Below, piece after piece: positions 22,601 to 35,800 of a stretch of DNA of 64,000 nt (its first letter is position 1; the number at the start of each line of letters is the position of its first letter). Source of the stretch: Eledone cirrhosa. Its lineage: Eukaryota. Made by a program: the position numbers and the translations under genes. The stretch is taken from NCBI GenBank assembly GCA_964016885.1, contig OZ024764.1:27590001-27654000 (forward strand), read 5' to 3'. The notes under the pieces were generated by a model, which made no database searches, was not told where the DNA came from, and was given only the letters and a program-made list of their open reading frames with translations.

Positions 22601-25600
22601 AAACGAGAGAGTGAGAGCTAGAGGAAACGAGAGAGAGAGGAAACGAGAGAGAGGATACGAGAGAGAGGAAACGAGAGTAGAGAGCGAGATGAAACAGGAG
22701 AGAGAGAGCGAGATGAAACAGGAGAGAGAGAGCGAGATGAAACGAGAGGGAGAGAGAGATGAAACGAGAGAGCGAGAGAGAGATAGAGGGAGATGAAACG
22801 ACAGAGAGAGAGACAGATGAAACGAGGGAGATAGAGATGAAACGAGAGAGAGAGATGAAACGAGAGAGAGGAAGAGAGAGATGGAACGAGAGAGAGGAAG
22901 AGAGAGATGGAACGAGAGAGAGGAAGACAGAGATGAAACGAGAGAGAGAGAGAGCGAGATGAAACGAGAGAGAGGAAGAGAGAACGCGAGATGAAACGAG
23001 AGAGAGAGAGAGCAAGATGAAACGAGAGAGAGGAAGAGAGAGAGCGCAAGATGAAACGAGAGAGAGAGCGCGAGATGAAAGTCTGTCATGTAATGTTATG
23101 GACATATCTGCCCTTGGGGCTAATAATTGTCATGTAATGTTATGGAAATCTCTGCCTCTGTGGCTAATAAATCTGACATGTAATGTTATGGACATCTCTG
23201 CCCCTGTGGCTAATAATTCTGACATGTAATGTTATGGACATCTCTGCCCCTGTGGCTAATAAATATGACATGTAATGTTATGGACATCTCTGCCCCTGTG
23301 GCTAATAAATCTGTCATGTAATGTTATGGACATCTCTGCCCCTGTGGCTAATAATTCTGACATGTAATGTTATGGACATCTCTGCCCCTGTGGCTAATAA
23401 TTCTGAGAGAGATGAAACAAGTGAGGGATTAGAGAGAGATGAAACAAGTGAGGGATTAGAGTGTTGAAACAAGAGAGAGAGAGAGGAAGAGAGAGTGAGA
23501 GCGAAATCAAACGAGAGAGAGCGAGATGAAATGAGAGAGTGAGAGCGAGATGAAACGAGAGAGAGAGAGAGAGCGAGATGAAATGAGAGAGAGAGAGCGA
23601 GATGAAATGAGAGAGAGAGAGCGAGATGAAACGAGACAGAGAGAGCGGGATGAAACGAGACAGAGAGAGCGAGAGCGAGATGAAACGAGACAGAGAGAGC
23701 GAGATGAAACGAGAGAGAGAGAGCGAGATGAAATGAGAGAGAGAGAGCGAGATGAAATGAGAGAGAGAGAGCGAGATGAAACGAGAGAGTGAGAGCGAGA
23801 TGGAACGAGACAGAGAGAGCGAGATGAAACGAGAGTGGGAGAGCTAGATGAAACGAGAGAGAGAGGAAACGAGAGAGACGAAACGAGAGAGAGGAAACGA
23901 GAGTAGAGAGCGAGATGAAACAGGAGAGAGAGAGCGAGATGAAACAGGAGAGAGAGAGCGAGATGAAACGAGAGGGAGAGAGAGATGAAACGAGAGAGCG
24001 AGAGAGAGATAGAGGGAGATGAAACGACAGAGAGAGAGACAGATGAAACGAGGGAGATAGAGATGAAACGAGAGAGAGAGATGAAACGAGAGAGAGGAAG
24101 AGAGAGATGGAACGAGAGAGATGGAACGAGAGAGAGGAAGACAGAGATGAAACGAGAGAGAGAGAGAGCAAGATGAAACGAGAGAGAGAGATGAAACGAG
24201 AGAGAGGAAGAGAGAGATGGAACGAGAGAGAGGAAGAGAGAGATGGAACGAGCGAGAGGAAGACAGAGATGAAACGAGACAGAGAGAGATCGAGATGAAA
24301 CGAGAGAGAGGAAGAGAGAGAGCGCAAGATGAAACGAGAGAGAGAGAGAGAGCGAGATGAAACGAGAGAGAGGAAGAGAGAGAGCGCGAGATGAAACGAG
24401 AGAGAGGAAGAGAGAGAGCGCGAGATGAAATGAGAGAGAGAGAGCGAGATGAAATGAGAGATTAAGAGTGAGATGAAACGAGAGAGTGAGAGAGAGCGAG
24501 ATGAAATTACAGAGAGAGAGCGAGATGAAATGAGAGAGAGAGAGCGAGATGAAACGATACAGAGAGAGCGGGATGAAACGAGACAGAGAGATCGAGATGA
24601 AATGAGAGAGAGAGAGCGAGATGAAATGAGAGAGAGAGAGCGAGATGAAACGAGAGAGTGAGAGCGAGATGGAACGAGTCAGAGAGAGCGAGATGAAACG
24701 AGAGAGTGAGAGCTAGATGAAACGAGAGAGAGAGGAAACGAGAGAGAGAGGAAACGAGACAGAGGAAACGAGAGAGAGGAAACGAGAGTAGAGAGCAAGA
24801 TGAAACAGGAGAGAGAGAGAGCGAGATGAAACCGGAGAGAGAGAGCGAGATGAAACGAGAGGGAGGGAGAGATGAAACGAGAGAGCGAGAGAGAGATAGA
24901 GGGAGATGAAACGAGAGAGTGATAGCTAGATGAAACGAGAGAGAGAGGAATAGAGAGATGGAACGAGAGAGAGGAAGACAGATATGAAACGAGAGAGAGA
25001 GAGAGCGAGATGAAACGAGAGAGAGGAAGAGAGCGCGAGATGAAACGAGAGAGAGAGAGCGAGATGAAACGAGAGAGAGAGCGAGATGAAACGAGAGAGA
25101 GGAAGAGAGAGAGCGCGAGATGAAAGTCTGTCATGTAATGTTATGGACATATCTGCCCTTGGGGCTAATAATTGTCATGTAATGTTATGGACATATCTAC
25201 CCTTGGGGCTAATAATTGTCATGTAATGTTATGTACATCTCTGCCCCTGTGGCAAATAATTCTGTCATGTAATGTTATGGACACCTCTGTCCCTGTGGCT
25301 AATAATTATGTCATGTAATGTTATGGACATCTCTGCCCCTGTGGCTAATAATTCTGTCATGTAATGTTATGGACATCTCTGCCTCTGTGGCTAATAAATT
25401 CGTCATGTAATGTTATGGACATCTCTGCCCCTGTGGCTAATAAATCTGTCATGTAATGTTTTGGACATCTCTTCCCCTGTGGCTAATAATTCTGACATGT
25501 AATGTTATGGATATCTCTGCCCCTGTGGCTAATAATTCTGAGAGAGATGAAACAAGTGAGGGATAAGAGAGAGATGAAACAAGTGAGGGATTAGAGTGTT

Positions 25601-26800
25601 GAAACAAGAGAGAGAGAGGAAGAGAGAGTGAGAGCGAGATCAAACGAGAGAGAGAGAGCGAGATGAAATGAGAGAGTGAGAGCGAGATGAAACGAGAGAG
25701 AGAGAGCGAGATGAAATGAGAGAGAGAGAGCGAGATGAAATGAGAGAGAGAGAGCGAGATGAAACGAGACAGAGAGAGCGAGGTGAAACGAGAGAGAGAG
25801 AGAGCGAAATGAAACGAGACAGATTAGAGCGAGATGAAACGAGAGAGAGAGAGAGCAAGATGAAATGAGAGAGAGAGAGCGAGATGAAACGAGAGAGTGA
25901 GAGCTAGAGGAAACGATAGAGAGAGGAAACGAGAGAGAGAGGAAACGAGAGAGAGGATACGAGAGAGAGGAAACGAGAGTAGAGAGCGAGATGAAACAGG
26001 AGAGAGAGAGCGAGATGAAACAGGAGAGAGAGAGCGAGATGAAACGAGAGGGAGAGTGAGATGAAACGAGAGAGCGAGAGAGAGATAGAGGGAGATGAAA
26101 CGACAGAGAGAGAGACAGGTGAAACGAGGGAGATAGAGATGAAACGAGAGAGAGAGATGAAACGAGAGAGAGGAAGAGAGAGATGGAACGAGAGAGAGGA
26201 AGAGAGAGATGGAACGAGAGAGAGGAAGACAGAGATGAAACGAGAGAGAGAGAGAGCGAGATGAAACGAGAGAGAGGAAGAGAGAGAACGCGAGATGAAA
26301 CGAGAGAGAGAGCAAGATGAAACGAGAGAGAGGAAGAGAGAGAGCGCAAGATGAAACGAGAGAGAGAGAGCGCGAGATGGAAGTCTGTCATGTAATGTTA
26401 TGGACATATCTGCCCTTGGGGCTAATAATTGTCATGTAATGTTATGGAAATCTCTGCCCCTGTGGCTAATAATTCTGTCATGTAATGTTATGGACATCTC
26501 TGCCCCTGTGGCTAATAATTCTGACATGTAATGTTATGGACATCTCTGCCCCTGTGGCTAATAAATATGACATGTAATGTTATGGACATCTCTGCCCCTG
26601 TGGCTAATAAATCTGTCATGTAATGTTATGGACATCTCTGCCCCTGTGGCTAATAATTCTGACATGTAATGTTATGAACATCTCTGCCCCTGTGGCTAAT
26701 AAATCTGTCATGTAATGTTATGGACATCTCTGCCCCTGTGGCTAATAATTCTGACATGTAATGTTATGGACATCTCTGCCCCTGTGGCTAATAATTCTGA
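13665..26800 (+). repeat. Bipartite satellite, GA-strand arm: 8 GA blocks alternating with 46-bp arrays
   Basis: 46-bp arrays at ~14771-15357, 17020-17432, 18241-18656, 20262-20720, 21565-22255, 23082-23404, 25127-25539 and 26384-26800, with conserved block junctions. Confidence 0.95.
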
Positions 26801-29800
26801 TTTATTAGCCACAGGGGCAGAGATGTCCATAACATTACATGACAGAATTATTAGCCACAGGGGCAGAGATTTCCATAACATTACATGTCAGAATTATTAG
26901 CCACAGGGGCAGAGATGTCCATAACATTACATGTCAGAATTATTAGCCACAGGGGCAGAGATGTCCATAACATTACATGACAGAATTATTAGCCACAGGG
27001 GCAGAGATGACCATAACATTACATGACAATTATTAGCCACAGGGGCAGATATGTCAATAACATTACATGACAGAGTTTCATCTTGCGCTCTCTCTCTCTC
27101 GTTTCATCTCGCTCTCCCTCTCTCTCGTTTCATCTCTGTCTTCCTCTCTCTCGTTTCATCTCGCTCTCTCTCTCTCTCGTTTCATCAATGTCTTCCTCTC
27201 TCTCGTTCCATCTCTCTCTTCCTCTCTCTCGTTCCATCTCTCTCTTCCTCTCTTTCGTTTCATCTCTATCTCCCTTCTTTCATCTGTCTCTCTCTCTGTC
27301 GTTTCATCTCGCGCTCTCTCTCTCTCGTTTCATCTTGCGCTCTCTCTCTCTCGTTTCGTCTTGCTCTCTCTCTCTCTCGTTTCATCTCTGTCTTCCTCTC
27401 TCTCGTTCCATCTCTCTATTCCTCTCTCTCGTTCCATCTCTCTCATCCTCTCTCTCGTTTCATCTCTATCTCCCTCCTTTCATCTGTCTCTCTCTCTGTC
27501 GTTTCATCTCGCGCTCTCTCTCTCTCGTTTCATCTTGCGCTCTCTCTCTCTCGTTTCATCTCGTTCTCTCTCTCGTTTCATCTCTGTCTTCCTCTCTCTC
27601 GTTCCATCTCTCTCTTCCTCTCTCTCGTTCCATCTCTCTCTTCCTCTCTCTCGTTTCATCTCTATCTCCCTTCTTTCATCTGTCTCGCTCTCTGTCGTTT
27701 CATCTCGCGCTCTCTCTCTCTCGTTTCATGTCGCGCTCTCTCTCTCTCGTTTCATCTCGCTCTCTCTCTCTCGTTTCATCTCTGTCTTCCTCTCTCTCGT
27801 GCCATCTCTCTCTTCCTCTCTCTCTTCCTCTCTCTCGTTTCATCTCTATCTCCCTTGTTTCATCTCTCTCTCGCTCTCTCGTTTCATCTCTCTCTCCCTC
27901 TCGTTTCATCTCGCTCTCTCTCTCCTGTTTCATCTCGCTCTCTCTCTCTCGTTTCATCTCTGTCTTCCTCTCTCTCGTTCCATCTCTGTCTTCCTCTCTC
28001 TCGTTCCATCTCTCGCTTCCTCTCTCTCGTTTCATCTCGCTCTCCCTCGTTTCATCTCTCTCTCGCTCTCTCGTTTCATCTCTCTCTCCCTCTCATTTCA
28101 TCTCGCTCTCTCTCTCCTGTTTCATCTGGCTCTCTCTCTCTCCTGTTTCATCTCGCTCTCTACTCTCGTTTCCTCTCTCTCTCTCGTTTCATCTCTCTCT
28201 CCCTCCCGTTTCATCTCGCTCTCTCTCTCTCATTTCATCTCGCTCTCTCTCTCTCGTTTCATCTCGCTCTCCCTCTCTCGTTTCATCCCGCTCTCACTCT
28301 CTCATTTCTTCTCGCTCTCTCTCTCTTGTTTCAACACTCTAATCCCTCACTTGTTTACTATCTCTCAGAATTATTAGCCACAGGGGCAGAGATGACCATA
28401 ACATTACATGTCAGAATTATTAGCCACAAGGGCAGAGATGTCCATAACATTACATGACAGAATTATTAGCCACAGGGGCAGAGATGACCATAACATTACA
28501 TGACAATTATTAGCCACAGGGGCAGATATGTCAATAACATTACATGACAGAGTTTCATCTCGCGCTCTCTCTCTCTCGTTTCATCTTGCGCTCTCTCTCT
28601 CTCTCGTTTCATCTTGCTCTCTCTCTCGTTTCATCTCTGTCTTCCTCTCTCTCGTTCCATCTCTCTCTTCCTCTCTCTCGTTCCATCTCTCTCATCCTCT
28701 CTCTCGTTTCATCTCTATCTCCCTCCTTTCATCTGTCTCTCTCTCTGTCGTTTCATCTCGCGCTCTTTCTCTCTCGTTTCATCTCGCGCTCTCTCTGTCT
28801 CGTTTCATCTCGCTCTCTCTCTCTCTCGTTTCATCTCTGTCTTCCTCTCTCTCGTTCCATCTCTCTCTTCCTCTCTCTCGTTCCATCTCTCTCTTCCTCT
28901 CTCTCGTTTCATCTCTATCTCCCTCGTTTCATCTCTCTCTCGCTCTCTCGTTTCATCTCTCTCTCCCGCTCGTTTCTTTTCGCTCTCTCTCTCCTGTTTC
29001 ATCTCGCTCTCTACTCTCGTTTCCTCTCTCTCATTTCCTCTCTCTCTCGTTTCCTCTCTGTCTCGTTTCATCTCGCTCTCTCTCTTTCTCGTTTGATCTC
29101 GCTCTCACTCTCTCGTTTCATCTCGCTTCTCTCACTCTCTTGTTTCATCTCGCTCTCTCTCTCTCTTCCTCTCTCTCTCTTGTTTCAACACTCTAATCCC
29201 TCACTTGTTTTATCTCTCTCTAATCCCTCACTTGGTTCATCTCTCTCAGAATTATTAGCCACAGGGGCAGAGATGTCCATAACATTACATGTCAGAATTA
29301 TTAGCCACAGGGCAGAGATGTCCATAACATTACATGTCAGAATTATTAGCCACTGGGGCAGAGATGTCCATAACATTACATGTCAGAATTATTAGCCACA
29401 GGGGTAGAGATGTCCATAACATTACATGTCAGAATTATTAGCCACAGGGGCAGAGATGTCCATAACATTACATGACAGAATTATTAGCCACAGGGGCAGT
29501 GATGTCCATAACATTACATGACAATTATTAGCCCCAAGGGCAGATATGTCCATAACATTACATGACAGAGTTCCATCTCGCGCTCTCTCTCTTCCTCTCT
29601 CTCGTTTCATCTCGCTCTCTCTCTCTCTCGTTTCATCTCGCTCTCTCGTTTCATCTCGCTCTCTCGTTTCATCTCGCTCTCTCTCGTTTCATCTCTGTCT
29701 TCCTCTCTCTCGTTCCATCTCTCTCTTCCTCTCTCTCGTTCCATCTCTCTCTTCCTCTCTCTCGTTTCATTTCTATCTCCCTCCTTTCATCTCTCTCTCT

Positions 29801-32800
29801 CTCTGTCGTTTCATCTCGCGCTCTCTCTCGATTCATCTCGCGCTCTCTCTCTCTCGTTTCATCTCGCTCTCTCTCTCTCTCGTTTCATCTCTGTCTTCCT
29901 CTCTCGCGTTCCATCTCTCTCTTCCTCCCTCTCTTCCTCTCTCTCGTTTCATCTCTATCTCCCTCGTTTCATCTCTCTCTCCCTCTCGTTTCATCTCGCT
30001 CTCTCTCTCCTGTTTCATCTCGCTCTCTACTCTCGTTTCCTCTCTCTCGTTTCCTCTCTGTCTCGTTCCATCCCGCTCTCTCTCTCTCTCATTACATCTC
30101 GCTCTCTCTGTCTCGTTTCATCTCGCTCTCTCTCTCTCTCGTTTCATCTCGCTCTCACTCTCTCGTTTCATCTCGCGTTTCATCTCACTCTCCCTGTCTC
30201 ATTTCACCTCGCTCTCTCTCTCTCTTCCTCTCTCTCTCTTGTTTCAACACTCTAATCCCTCACTTGTTTTATCTCTCTCTAATCCCTCACTTGTTTCATC
30301 TCTCTCAGAATTATTAGCCACAGGGGCAGAGATGTCCATAACATTACATGTCAGAATTATTAGCCACAGGGCAGAGATGTCCATAACATTACATGTCAGA
30401 GTTATTAGCCACAGGGGCAGAGATGTCCATAACATTACATGTCAGAATTATTAGCCACGGGGGCGGAGACGTCCATAACATTACATGACAGAATTATTAG
30501 CCACAGGGGCAGAGATGACCATAACATTACATGACAATTATTAGCCACAGGGGCAGATATATCAATAACATTACATGATAGAGTTTCATCTCGCGCTCTC
30601 TCTCTCTCGTTTCATCTTGCTCTCTCTCTCTCTCGTTTCATCTCTGTCTTCCTCTCTCTCGTTCCATCTCTCTCTTCCTCTCTCTCGTTCCATCTCTCTC
30701 ATCCTCTCTCTCGTTTCATCTCTATCTCCCTCCTTTCATCTGTCTCTCTCTGTCGTTTCATCTCGTGCTCTCTCTCTCTCGTTTCATCTCGCGCTCTCTC
30801 TGTCTCGTTTCATCTCGCTCTCTCTCTCTCTCGTTTCATCTCTGTCTTCCTCTCTCACGTTCCATCTCTCTCTTCCTCTCTCTCGTTCCATCTCTCTCTT
30901 CCTCTCTCTCGTTTCATCTCTATCTCCCTCGTTTCATCTCTCTCTCGCTCTCTCGTTTCATCTCTCTCTCCCTCTCGTTTCATCTCGCTCTCTACTCTCG
31001 TTTCCTCTCTCTCGTTTCCTCTCTGTCTCGTTCCATCCCGCTCTCTCTCTCTCACATTACATCTCGCTCTCTCTGTCTCGTTTCATCTCGCTCTCTCTCT
31101 CTCTCGTTTCATCTCGCTCTCACTCTCTCGTTTCATCTCGCTTCTCTCACTATTGCGTTTCATCTCGCTCTCCCTGTCTCATTTCATCTCGCTCTCTCTC
31201 TCTCTCTTCCTCTCTCTCTCTTGTTTCAACACTCTAATCCCTCACTTGTTTTATCTCTCTCTAATCCCTCCCTTGTTTCATCTCTCTCAGAATTATTAGC
31301 CACTGGGGCAGAGATGTCCATAACATTACATGACAGAGTTTCATCTCGCGCTCTCTCTCTCTCGTTTCATCTCGCGCTCTCTCTCTTCCTCTCTCTCGTT
31401 TCATCTCGCTCTCTCTCTCTCTCGTTTCACCTCTGTCTTTCATCTCTCTCTTCCTCTCTCTCGTTCCATCTCTCTCTTCCTCTCTCTCGTTTCATCTCTA
31501 TCTCCCTCCTTTCATCTGTCTCTCTCTCTGTCGTTTCATCTCGCGCTCTCTCTCTCTCGTTTCATCTCGAGCTCTCTCTCTCTCGTTTCATCTCGCTCTC
31601 TCTCTCTCTCGTTACATCTCTGTCTTCCTCTCTCTCGTTCCATCTCTCTCTTCCTCTCTCTCTTCCTCTCTCTCGTTTCATCTCTATCTCCCTCGTTTCA
31701 TCTCTCTCTCCCTCTCGTTTCATCTCGCTCTCTCTCTCCTGTTTCATCTCGCTCTCTACTCTCGTTTCCTCTCTCTCGTTTCCTCTCTCTCGTTTCCTCT
31801 CTGTCTCGTTCCATCCCGCTCTCTCTCTCTCTCATTACATCTCGCTCTCTCTGTCTCGTTTCATCTCGCTCTCTCTCTCTCTCGTTTCATCTCGCTCTCA
31901 CTCTCTCGTTTCATCTCGCGTTTCATCTCACTCTCCCTGTCTCATTTCATCTCGCTCTCTCTCTCTCTTCCTCTCTCTCTCTTGTTTCAACACTCTAATC
32001 CCTCACTTGTTTTATCTCTCTCTAATCCCTCACTTGTTTCATCTCTCTCAGAATTATTAGCCACAGGGGCAGAGATGTCCATAACATTACATGTCAGAAT
32101 TATTAGCCACAGGGCAGAGATGTCCATAACATTACATGTCAGAATTATTAGCCACAGGGGCAGAGATGTCCATAACATTACATGTCAGAATTATTAGCCA
32201 CAGGGGCGGAGACGTCCATAACATTACATGACAGAATTATTAGCCACAGGGGCAGAGATGACCATAACATTACATGACAATTATTAGCCACAGGGGCAGA
32301 TATATCAATAACATTACATGATAGAGTTTCATCTCGCGCTCTCTCTCTCTCGTTTCATCTTGCGCTCTCTCTCTCTCGTTTCATCTTGCTCTCTCTCTCT
32401 CTCGTTTCATCTCTGTATTCCTCTCTCTCGTTCCATCTCTCTATTCCTCTCTCTCGTTCCATCTCTCTCATCCTCTCTCTCGTTTTATCTGTATCTCCCT
32501 CCTTCAATCTGTCTCTCTCTCTGTCGTTTCATCTCGTGCTCTCTCTGTCTCGTTTCATCTCGCGCTCTCTCTGTCTCGTTTCATCTCGCTCTCTCTCTCT
32601 CTCTCGTTTCATCTCTGTCTTCCTCTCTCTCGTTCCATCTCTCTCTTCCTCTTTCTCGTTCCATCTCTCTCTTCCTCTCTCTCGTTTCATCTCTATCTCC
32701 CTCGTTTCATCTCTCTCTCGCTCTCTCGTTTCATCTCTCTCTCCCTCTCGTTTCATCTCGCTCTCTACTCTCGTTTCCTCTCTCTCGTTTCCTCTCTGTC

Positions 32801-35800
32801 TCGTTCCATCCCGCTCTCTCTCTCTCTCATTACATCTCGCTCTCTCTGTCTCGTTTCATCTCGCTCTCTCTCGCTCTCGTTTCATCTCGCTCTCACTCTC
32901 TCGTTTCATCTCGCTTCTCTCACTATTGCGTTTCATCTCGCTCTCCCTGTCTCATTTCATCTCGCTCTCTCTCTCTCTTCCTCTCTCTTGTTTCAACACC
33001 CTAATCCCTCACTTGTTTTATCTCTCTCTAATCCCTCACTTATTTCATCTCTCTCAGAATTATTAGCCACAGGGGCAGAGATGTCCATAACATTACATGT
33101 CAGAGTTATTAGCCACAGGGGCAGAGATGTCCATAACGTTACATGACAATTATTAGCCCCAAGGGCAGATATGTCCATAACATTACATGACAGAGTTTCA
33201 TCTCGCGCTCTCTCTCTCTCGTTTCATCTCGCGCTCTCTCTCTTCCTCTCTCTCGTTTCATCTCGCTCTCTCTCTCTCTCGTTTCACCTCTGTCTTCCAT
33301 CTCTCTCTTCCTCTCTCTCGTTCCATCTCACTCTTCCTCTCTCTCATTTCATCTCTCTCTCTCGTTTCATCTCTATCTCTCTCTCTCGTTTCATCAGTCT
33401 CTCTCTCTGTCGTTTCATCTCCCTCTATCTCTCTCTCCCTCTCGTTTCATCTCGCTCTCTCTCTCCTGTTTCATCTCGCTCTCTCTCTCTCTCCTGTTTC
33501 ATCTCGCTCTCTACTCTCGTTTCCTCTCTCTCTCCCTCCTGTTTCATCTCGCTCTCTCTCTCTCGTTTCATCTCGCTCTCACTCTCTCGTTTCATCTCGC
33601 TCTCTCTCTGTCTCGTTTCATCTCGCTCTCTCTCTCTCATTTCATCTCGCTCTCTCTCTCTCATTTCATCTCGCTCTCTCTCTCTCGTTTCATCTCGCTC
33701 TCACTCTCTCGTTTCATCTCGCTCTCACTCTCTCGTTTCATCTCGCTCTCCCTGTCTCGTTTCATCTCGCTCACACTCTCTCATTTCATCTCGCTCTCTC
33801 TCTCTTCTTTCAACACTCTAATCCCTCACTTGTTTCATCTCTCTCAGAATTATTAGCCACAGGGGCAGAGATGACCATAACATTACATGTCAGAATTATT
33901 AGCCACAGGGGCAGAGATGTCCATAACATTACATGTCAGAATCATTAGCCACAGGGGCAGAGATGTCCATAACATTACATGACAGAATTATTAGCCACAG
34001 GGGCAGAGATGACCATAACATTACATGACAATTATTAGCCACAGGGGCAGATATGTCAATAACATTACATGACAAAGTTTCATCTCGCGCTCTCTCTCTC
34101 TCTCGTTTCATCTTGCGCTCTCTCTCTCTCGTTTCCTCTCGCTCTCTCTCTCTCTCGTTTCATCTCTGTCTTCCTCTCTCTCGTTCCATCTCTCTCTTCC
34201 TCTCTCTCGTTCCATCTCTCTCTTCCTCTCTCTCGTTTCATCTGTCTCTCTCTCTGTCGTTTCATCTCGCGCTCTCTCTCTCTCGTTTCATCTCGCGCTC
34301 TCTCTCTCTCATTTCATCTCGCTCTCTCTCTCTCTCGTTTCATCTCTGTCTTCCTCTCTCTCTTCCTCTCTCTCGTTCCATCTCTCTCTTCCTCTCTCTC
34401 GTTTCATCTCTATCTCCCTTGTTTCATCTCTCTCTCGCTCTCTCGTTTCATCTCTCTCTCCCTCTCGTTTCATCTCGCTCTCTCTCTCCTGTTTCATCTC
34501 GCTCTCTCTCTCTCGTTTCATCTCTGTCTTCCTCTCTCTCGTTCCATCTCTGTCTTCCTCTCTCTCGTTCCATCTCTCGCTTCCTCTCTCTCGTTTCATC
34601 TCGCTCTCCCTCGTTTCATCTCTCTCTCGCTCTCTCGTTTCATCTCTCTCTCCCTCTCATTTCATCTCGCTCTCTCTCTCCTGTTTCATCTGGCTCTCTC
34701 TCTCTCCTGTTTCATCTCGCTCTCTACTCTCGTTTCCTCTCTCTCTCTCGTTTCATCTCTCTCTCCCTCCCGTTTCATCTCGCTCTCTCTCTCTCATTTC
34801 ATCTCGCTCTCTCTCTCTCGTTTCATCTCGCTCTCCCTCTCTCGTTTCATCCCGCTCTCACTCTCTCATTTCTTCTCGCTCTCTCTCTCTTGTTTCAACA
34901 CTCTAATCCCTCACTTGTTTACTATCTCTCAGAATTATTAGCCACAGGGGCAGAGATGACCATAACATTACATGTCAGAATTATTAGCCACAAGGGCAGA
35001 GATGTCCATAACATTACATGACAGAATTATTAGCCACAGGGGCAGAGATGACCATAACATTACATGACAATTATTAGCCACAGGGGCAGATATGTCAATA
35101 ACATTACATGACAGAGTTTCATCTCGCGCTCTCTCTCTCTCTCGTTTCATCTTGCGCTCTCTCTCTCTCTCGTTTCATCTTGCTCTCTCTCTCGTTTCAT
35201 CTCTGTCTTCCTCTCTCTCGTTCCATCTCTCTCTTCCTCTCTCTCGTTCCATCTCTCTCATCCTCTCTCTCGTTTCATCTCTATCTCCCTCCTTTCATCT
35301 GTCTCTCTCTCTGTCGTTTCATCTCGCGCTCTTTCTCTCTCGTTTCATCTCGCGCTCTCTCTGTCTCGTTTCATCTCGCTCTCTCTCTCGCTCGTTTCAT
35401 CTCTGTCTTCCTCTCTCTCGTTCCATCTCTCTCTTCCTCTCTCTCGTTCCATCTCTCTCTTCCTCTCTCTCGTTTCATCTCTATCTCCCTCGTTTCATCT
35501 CTCTCTCGCTCTCTCGTTTCATCTCTCTCTCCCGCTCGTTTCTTTTCGCTCTCTCTCTCCTGTTTCATCTCGCTCTCTACTCTCGTTTCCTCTCTCTCAT
35601 TTCCTCTCTCTCTCGTTTCCTCTCTGTCTCGTTTCATCTCGCTCTCTCTCTTTCTCGTTTGATCTCGCTCTCACTCTCTCGTTTCATCTCGCTTCTCTCA
35701 CTCTCTTGTTTCATCTCGCTCTCTCTCTCTCTTCCTCTCTCTCTCTTGTTTCAACACTCTAATCCCTCACTTGTTTTATCTCTCTCTAATCCCTCACTTG

